NCBI RefSeq assembly: GCF_009914755.1
Contig: NC_060936.1
Length of the DNA stretch: 64,000 nt
Direction: 5' to 3' (one strand)
Source: the human T2T-CHM13v2.0 reference genome, Homo sapiens
Below are positions 55,652 through 64,000 of the stretch, one piece after another. The position numbers and the translations under genes were made by a program. Below the pieces are notes generated by a model, which saw nothing but the letters and a program-made list of their open reading frames with translations, did no database searches and was not told where the DNA came from. Positions within the stretch are counted from its first letter, which is position 1. Every line of letters begins with the position of its first letter.

Positions 55652-58004
55652 TGTAGTAGTCCATTTTCACACTTCTATAAAGACAAATCTGAGACTGGGT
55701 AATTTATAAAGAAAAGGAGTTTAATCAACTCATAGTTCTGCATGGCTGGGTACAGGTAACTTACAATTATGGCAGAAGGCGAAGAGGAAGCAAGACATGT
55801 CTTCACATGGCCAGAGAAGGAGGAAACAGCAAAGGAGGAAGTGCTGCACACTTTTAAACAACCAGATCTCATGAGAATTCACTATCATGAGAACAGGAAG
55901 GGGGATACCTGCCCCCATGATCCAGTTACTTCCCATCAACCCCTCCCTCAACCCATGGGGATTACAATTTGAGATGAGATTTGAGTGGGGACACAAAGTC
56001 TAACCATATCACTCCTCCCCTGAATCCTCCAAAATCTCATGACCTTCTCATGTTTCAAAACACAATCGTGCCTTCCCAAGAGTCCACTGCCCCGCCAGCC
56101 TTAACTAATTCCAGCCTTAATTCAAAAGTCCAAGTCTGCAATCTCATCTGAGACAAGGCAAGTTCCAGATGCCTACAAGCCTGTAAAATAATAATAATAA
56201 TAAAAACAAGTTAGTTACTTCCAAGATACAGTGCGGGTCCAGGATTGGGTAAATGCTCCATTCCAAAAGGAAGAAATTGGCCAAAACAAAGAGGCTACAG
56301 TCCCCATGAAAGTCTAAAACCCAGCAGTGCAGCCATTAAATCTTAAAACTCCCAACTAGTCCCCTTTGACCCCATGTCTCATATCCAGGGCATGCTGATG
56401 CATGGGGTGGGCTCCCAAGGCCTTGGGCAGCTCTGCCCCTGTGGCTCTACAAGGTCACCATGGCTGCTTTCATGGGCTGACATTGAGTGCCTTCAGCTTT
56501 TCCAGGTGCATGATGTAAGATGTTGGTGGATCTACCATTCTGAGATCTGGAGGATGGTAGCCCTCTTCTCACAGCTCCCCTAGGCAATGCCCCAGTGGGG
56601 GATCTGCATGGGGGCTCTCACCCCACATTTCCCCTTCACAATGCTCTAGTAGACATTCTTCATGAGGGCTCTGCCTGTGCAGCAGACATCTACCTGGACA
56701 TACAGGTATTTCCATACATCCTCTGAAATCTGGGTGGAGGCTCCCAAACCTCAGCTCTTGCTTTCTGCATACCCACAGGCCTAACACCATGTGGAAGCCA
56801 CAAATGCTTGTGGCTTGCACCCTCTGAAGCAAGGGCCTGAGCTGTACCTTGGCCGCTTTTAGCCATGGCTGGAGCTAGAGTGACCATGATGCAGGGTGTC
56901 GTGTTTCAAGGCTGCACAGAGCAGTGGAGCCCTGGGCCTGGCTCATGAAACCATATTTTTATTCTAGGCCTCCAGGCCTATGATGGGAGGGGCTGTCATG
57001 AAGGTCTCTAAAATATTTGGTGGCATTTTCCCCATTGTCTTGGTTATTAATATTCAACTCCTCTTTACTTATGAAAATTTCTGCAGCCTTCTTGAATTCC
57101 TCCTCAGAAAATAAGTTTTTCTTTTCTACCACATAGCTAGACTGCAAATTTTCCAAACTTGTATTCTCTGCTTCCCTCTTAAATATAAGTTCCAGTTTCA
57201 GCTCATTTCTTTGTTTTTGGAAATAAGTGTAGGCTTTTAAAAGCATTCAGTCTACATCTTGATCTCTTTGTTACTTAGAAATTTATTCTGCCAGATACCC
57301 AAAATCATCTCTCTCAAGTTCAAAGTTTCACAGATCCCTACAGCAGGGGCACAATGCCACCAGTCTCTTTGCTAAAGCATAGCAAGAGTGACCTTTACTC
57401 CAGTCCCCCATAATTTTCTCATCTTCATCTGAGACCTCCTCAGCCTGTACTTCATCATCCATATCACTATCAGCATTTTGTTCAAAACCATTCAACAAGT
57501 CTACAGGGAGTCCCAACCTTTCCCTCATCTTCCTGTCTTATGAGCCCTCCAGATTGTTCTAACCTCTGCCTGTTACCCAGTTTCAAAGTTGCTTCCACAT
57601 TTTCCAGCATCATGATAGAAATGCCCCTCTCTCAGTACTAATTTTCTGTACTAGTCCATTCTCACACTGCCATAAAGACATTTCTGAGACTGGGTAATTC
57701 ATGAAGAAAAGAGTTTTAATTGACTCAGAGTTCTGCATGGCTGAGGAGGCCTCAGGAAAATTATAATCATGGCAGAAGGCCAGGGGGAAGCAACACACAT
57801 CTTCATATGGCCAGAGAAGGAGGAAGAGAGCAAAGGGGGAAGTGCTACACACTTTTAAACAACCAACTCACTGACTATCATGAGAACAGCATGGGGGATA
57901 TCTACCCCCATGATCCAATCACCTTCCACTAAATCCCTCTCTCAACATTGGGAATTACAATTCAAAATGAGATTTGGGTGGGGACACAGAGCCAATCCAT
58001 ATCA
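55652..58004 (-). mobile_element. Complete MaLR provirus, THE1D/MSTA type (LTRs 55652-56011 and 57647-58004)
   Basis: Two matching LTRs (tgta.tagtccatt...ccatatca); internal ORF remnant DLLNGFEQNADSDMD; perfect 5-bp TSD cttat (55647-55651 / 58005-58009). Confidence 0.95.
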
Positions 58005-58079
58005 CTTATGCTCTTGCTTAAGAAATTCCCGAGGCTTGTCTTGAAATAAACCCGGCGTTGAACCCCTCCAGAATCCTCT

Positions 58080-58398
58080 CACTTATGGGGAGTCATAAAT
58101 AAATAGTCCACCACCACTGGCAGAAGTCACCATAACAACAACCAGACTTCTGTACTGGCAATTACTCAAGATAGCCATCAGAACAAAGACCCAGACCCTG
58201 CACCACTCACACATGTCTCTAATACCAAGTTTCCCTTTAAAAACCCTATAGTAAATTTTAAATTTTAAGACAGTATTTTAGAACAATAATTCACCATCTT
58301 CTTGGTTTGTTGGCTCTCTGATCAAAACCTGATCACCAACCCTCCCCTCTCTTGCCTGACTTATGTACAGTGAGCAGTTGAACCTGTGTCTGATTACA
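58080..58398 (+). mobile_element. ERV1-like LTR fragment, family uncertain
   Basis: ttccctttaaaaaccct TATA-like region; ends gtgagcagttgaacctgtgtctgattaca. Confidence 0.5.
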
Positions 58399-58756
58399 CT
58401 TGGTCTTGTAAAAAGGTACCCTTCTCTTTGCTCCTAATTCACCATATGTATTTCTCTTATTGTATATTGGCTTTGTGCTAAGAAGCCTGAGGCCTTTGAA
58501 TGTCCTAATAATGCTCTAATAATTTTTTAATCTCTACCTAAAATACTGTCTAGTATCTAATTATTCATGCCTTAAAAATTTTTGAGTGCCAACTAACTCC
58601 ATGGCCATTTTCTATGCACTACATACGTATGGATTTATTGAGAGCCTACATCATGTCCATCACTGTGCTTACTTTACCATGCTAAGCACCAGTTATATAG
58701 AAAAAAAAAACAAGTACATATGAATATATATACATAAAATATATAAATATATAATT

Positions 58757-58835
58757 ATAGGTTGGTGGAAAAGTAATTGCAGCTTTGCCATTAAAAATAA
58801 TGGAAATAATTTAAATTGCTTCTGCCCCAACCTAA
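58757..58835. mobile_element. MADE1 (Hsmar1-derived 80-bp MITE)
   Basis: taggttggtggaaaagtaattgc...ttgcttctgccccaacctaa inverted repeat within a TA tract. Confidence 0.9.
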
Positions 58836-59226
58836 TATATACATGTGAATATATGTATATAAATATCAGTAAGTTAAACAAACAGTAATAGGTATAAGTA
58901 TAGACATTAATGTATTAAATACGAGTGGTTTCATGGTAAAGCAGATTAAAGGTATGGAGCTGGGTGGGTGCTCCTAGTGGGTGATCAAGGAAAAGAACAC
59001 TAGCGAAGTGATATTTGAGCAGAGGCTTTATAAGAGAGTATTTTAGGCAGAGTTTATAGCAAGAGCAAAGCCAAGAAGATAAAATATTTTTTACTGGTTG
59101 AATAATAACACAGAAGCCTGAGAGACCAAACTGCTTCTTTAAAAGGAAGCCAGTGGGTGCAGATAACTTTAGATGTAGTCACAGGCAGGGCAAGTGGAAT
59201 TGTAGAACAAGGGTAAAGATTTTGGC

Positions 59227-59527
<301 letters not shown>

Positions 59528-59749
59528 AACTTTGACTTTTAATGTAAATGTGATGGAAGTTTCCATGAACAGATGAACAGAGAATTAACTGACTTGCATG
59601 TTGGAGCTATTGGCAGTGGCAGTGATAGGAGTGAAAAACTGGAGACCAGTTAGAAGGATATTGCAGGTGTCCAGATAACGACCAGTGGAGAAATGATAGT
59701 GGCACAGACCAAGGTAGTGGCATGAGGGTAGTGATAAAACTACATGCAT

Positions 59750-59900
59750 AATTTCAATATATGTTGTAACATATATTTATTTATAATATTATATATTGTT
59801 ATTTGAAATGTAATATAAATATATTTATATAAATATTACATGTTATACAGTATATATTACATATTTAAATTAATATTAAAATTTAATATATAAAATACAT
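59750..59900. repeat. AT-rich low-complexity tract
   Basis: Almost exclusively A/T with TA alternation. Confidence 0.7.
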
Positions 59901-60960
59901 GAAATTGGATGTGTTACAGATAATGCTATGCAACTATATGTATCTAGGCACTTGTACAATTTTTATAAAGATAACTACATTTTTCAGTCTTACTATATAA
60001 TATTACAGAATACAATTAAGTTGTAACTATTCGGCTTAGACAGTTTATGACTGTATGATTGTTTCTTCCTGTAAGTGCTAAAAAGGGTGTTATTTGCAAC
60101 TCAATGTATGTGTAGCTACAATTATTCTTTAAAGTTTGCTAAAGTAAAATAAAAAATGATAAACTAAGCATACATTATCAAGAATAGGCAAACTTGGGCC
60201 AGTTATTTTATTTAAAACTTATGAATAGCTTTGGAAATACACTTTTTGGTAATACTAAATATATGTGAGAGGAACAATGCAGTCACATGCTCTCAGGAAT
60301 TCCTTAGGCTTTGTCACATAATAAAAAATATTAATTTAATTTTTAAAAAGGAAAAATACATTATTTTTCTAACAACATGAAATAAATGATACCACTTGTT
60401 ATAAAATACTATAAATCTTAATTATAATATTTTCTATTAGCCCATAAATTGAAATAAGGCATAATTTTCCTCAATATAATTTAAAATTATTTAAAATAGG
60501 GTAATTAATAACGTCATTATTGTTATATAAATATTAGAAATAGTTATTACAGTCAGAGGATGTATTTCTTTTATAACTAAGTATAGTGAGAGACTTAATG
60601 TCATTAAGAGAATCATTTCAAAAACACCTAAGTAATCCAATTATTTTTAACTTTTCAGAAATCAATGATTATTTTAAGTCTACAATATAAAATCCAAGTT
60701 GAGTATCAAACAATTCACTTAATCAGCAAAAGATAGACGTTTAACAGATGAACGCTGGTATTTTAGATGGCTTAATTTATTTATCTCCACGGTAACTACC
60801 TTATTAAAGTTAGAAAATGGTTGAAATAAAGAAATACCAAAACTTTCAGAAAAAAAAATTATCATCTCTTTCTAGCTAAAATAAAATATCCCTTTATTTC
60901 TGATTGACTCTTCAAGAAAACCTATTCCCCATTAGTAGCCAATAAGATTTCTATAATTCA

Positions 60961-61111
60961 ATTAGCTGGATGTGGTGGTGGGTGCCTGTAATCCCAGCTA
61001 TTCAGGAGGCTGAGACAAGAAAATGGCTTGAACCCAGGAGGCTGATGTTACAATGAGCCAAGATTGTGCCACTGCGCTCCAGCCTGGGTGACAGAGTGAG
61101 ACTCCATCTCA

Positions 61112-61159
<48 letters not shown>
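60961..61159 (+). mobile_element. 5'-truncated AluS (right arm) with an (AAT)~16 tail
   Basis: Starts attagctggatgtggtgg; tail is a perfect AAT microsatellite; TSD ataattca (60953-60960 / 61163-61170). Confidence 0.92.
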
Positions 61160-61161
<2 letters not shown>

Positions 61162-62019
61162 CATAATTCAGAGCACCCAACTAAATTGTAACTATGTGAA
61201 TTATCAACTGAAGATAAAGTTTGTCTTTGTTTACAAAGTTTTCCAGGAATGGTGTAGCAAAAGGAAACCTTCACTGATAGTTTGGTAACAAGTTTGTTAC
61301 TATCTCTACCAAAGACTAATTATACAACCTGTCATGGAGAACCTCAGTATTCTCATCATTACAGTAAGAAGATAGAACTCTGCAATCTTCAAATTTACTT
61401 CTAATTCTTAGGTAAGAGGAGTTAATTTTTTTGTGTGTTAAATCCTCTTACTACTTGTTCTAATTACATTTTTAGTTAATTTTATTCAGTTTCAAGAACT
61501 GTATAAGCCAAGTAAGCATCTTATTAATTTGGATGACATTAAAAATATTAATTTAATTTTTTAAAAGGAAATTGTGAAAAAAGAAATTTAATTATGAAAT
61601 AGGAAAAAAATAGTTTCTGTATCCATTTCCTTTTCTGTCTTCTATCTTTAAGAACTCTACTGAGTTAGTTCTGTAAGTAATCATCCTCTAATACTCCATA
61701 TTGTCCATAAAGTTAGAATTTTGTTTTGCCACAGTTCGGGTATCCACAATAAAATTTTATGTTTCATGAAAACTCTCCTAAGTAAAAAAACCATCTCAGG
61801 ATGAGATCCATGGATATAATCAGACAGTATCACTTAAAAAGACATTTGAAAAAGAATGCCTAGGACTCTTTCTCAGCATTTTTTGGTAAAGGTAAATATA
61901 TTGGGGTGCCTTTTTAATGATAATGCCCTTATATTTGTTGCTCAAACTGAAGAAGTAACATGGTATAACCAATATTAATTGAATCGGGAATGGGAAAGTA
62001 ATAGCTGCTACCTAGTAAT

Positions 62020-62830
62020 AGTCACTATAGTACCTCGTAATTCTTCAGTATGTACTAAATATGAGAAATTGTTCTGTGCTCTCACTTATGTCCTTTTATT
62101 CTCATAACATCCTTATTAAATAAATATTATTGTCCTTATTTTTGGTATTGAAACCATCTCTATAAAATGAGTCAGGAAAGAAGGGAGGGGGAGAAATGAA
62201 AATAAACCAAGCTTACAGCACACTTGGCATTAATCATTAGGTCAGCTTGCTCTCTGACCCGCTTCCTCATATTTTTTTGCTTATTGCCCCAGAAACATGT
62301 AAACCCTGTCACAAGATTATAGCTCTGCTCAACTGCTCTATAGATAACAACTTAAGCATTGTGAAACATTAAGTTTTCCCTTTGTGATATTCTTTCAGTT
62401 GCTGCAAAGTAGTGAAACTACCAACACCAGCTAGTCTAATGGACCCCATGAGGAGCTGACCCTCCAAAGAATGCAGTTTTCACAGCCTGATGACTTCATC
62501 TCCCTTATCTTGACCAATCTATGGCCCCACTTTTGCAATCCTTTACCCACCATAATACACTTATGAACTCCAGCCCTGAACTCCTGGAGGAGATGGATTT
62601 GAGGGCCTCTTCCTGTCTCCTCACTTGGCTGCCCTGCAGTTATTAAACATTTTCTCTGCTGCAAACCCTGCTGTTTCAGTGTACTGATCTTTTACTGTGT
62701 AGTGGGCTTACGAACCTGTTGGTCCTGTAACAGTATGAAGAAAAGAAGGCATAAGAAGGTAAAGTAACTTCCTAGTGTAGTGTTCATATATTTAGTAAGT
62801 ACCTGAGTTGTAAACTGCCACCTTCAAATG
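62020..62830 (-). mobile_element. MIR split by LTR26
   Basis: tattattgtccttatttttggtat | gaagaaaagaaggcataagaaggtaaagtaactt rejoins into the MIR core when the LTR is removed. Confidence 0.7.
62149..62732 (+). mobile_element. LTR26-family ERV1 solo LTR
   Basis: tgaaacc...gaagggagggggagaaatgaaaataaaccaagct...ggtcctgtaaca; perfect 4-bp TSD gtat. Confidence 0.88.
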
Positions 62831-64000
62831 CACCAAGGAATTACACCATTAATCACAAAGACACAGAAAGAACACATGGTATGGGGGATAAATTTTTAAA
62901 AATTCTAAAGGACTTTTAGGTTTTTCTCAACTTCTTAACTTACTTGAGAACTGGGCTAATTTGTATATTCAGAACGTTTATAACCAAAACTTTTTAGAAA
63001 TTTTCAGTTTAATCATACTCTATTACAGACCGAATACTTGTATATACTCAAAAATTCATGTCATAAATTTTGTGTTTTCTAACTGTACCAAATATATTAA
63101 AAGCCTATATTTATCATGTCACCATTTATTTTAAATAAAATGACAGAATGTACTAGTTATAATCAAAAAGTTGTATATGCTTCTATAATCACCTGCTTTT
63201 TAAATCTGCATCCTTTCTGGAAACATACCAGATTTGAAAGTGTGGGTTTATTTTCATAGCTTTGAGAGCATGAATCTTAATTGGCTTTTTTTTCATTTAT
63301 GACTTGTGTGTCTTTCCATACTGATAGTAAAGTTTCCTAAATTGTAGAAAATAAGAAAAAGAGAAATCAGTGAAGTATAAGTATATTGATCTTACACTCA
63401 ATGTCATAGTAACAAAGAGAATCAACTCAGAATCTGTTTTCTGCAATCAGATACATGCTTAAATATCAAGTAAATCTTTTCAGCTTTTTCAACTAAAAAG
63501 CTCTGATAATTAATGGAGAATGATTTATAGTGTATACTGTCATTTTCTTCTGGGATAAAATTGGCTATGTAACCCATGGGAATATTTCTATGTTCTTCTG
63601 ATCTGAACCCCTCTATCACTCACTCACTGTTCCACTATTTCATGAAAGAATAAAGCAGGCTACAATATCTTTTAACAAAGCATTTTCAAATTAAAAAGAA
63701 AGCATGACAATCATCTTTTTATAAAATGTTTTAATGAAGTTTTTTTTCACTATAACTATTAAACTGGCCACCAAAATAGTATTTAAAAAAATCATTGATT
63801 ATTTCAAATAAGTGCATTCCAGATGTGTTCCATGCTATAAAGAAAAGGATTTGTGAAACTGGCATTATGCATATTTGCATACCTTATTTGTAAAGAATTA
63901 AGATCTTAGGGGAGTTCAAATGGGAAATGATAATTCTAAAAATGAAAATTTTTGTATGCATTCTATAGTACATTTGCATGAATTTTACCACTATAACCCT

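Noticed and set aside
61405-61420. Strong splice donor ttag/gtaaga
   Set aside because: Isolated motif with no supportable exon

Overview
Primate genomic DNA, most likely human or great ape (AluY, THE1B, L1PA and Hsmar2 are all present). It is AT-rich, CpG-depleted, gene-desert or deep-intron-like sequence. I find no supportable protein-coding gene, RNA gene or CpG island. The recognisable ORFs in the track are decayed pieces of L1 ORF1/ORF2, the MaLR internal ORF, the Hsmar2 transposase or Alu read-through; the rest look like chance ORFs. Most of the window is interspersed repeat. The centrepiece is a ~20 kb nested stack (12.4-32 kb): an old L1MC host contains (i) an L1MA carrying a full-length Hsmar2 mariner and (ii) a full-length L1PA10/11-type LINE that itself contains an AluY, a complete THE1B provirus and an antisense L1PA8. 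Elsewhere there are a second complete MaLR provirus (THE1D/MSTA type), a truncated MER61 ERV, solo LTRs (two LTR8, MER39/34-like, MER52, LTR16, LTR26, MLT1/2), a MADE1 and several Alus. I did not find a convincing new biological system. The findings are structural and evolutionary oddities and candidate regulatory motifs. Subfamily names come from recalled consensus sequences and need Dfam/RepeatMasker confirmation.
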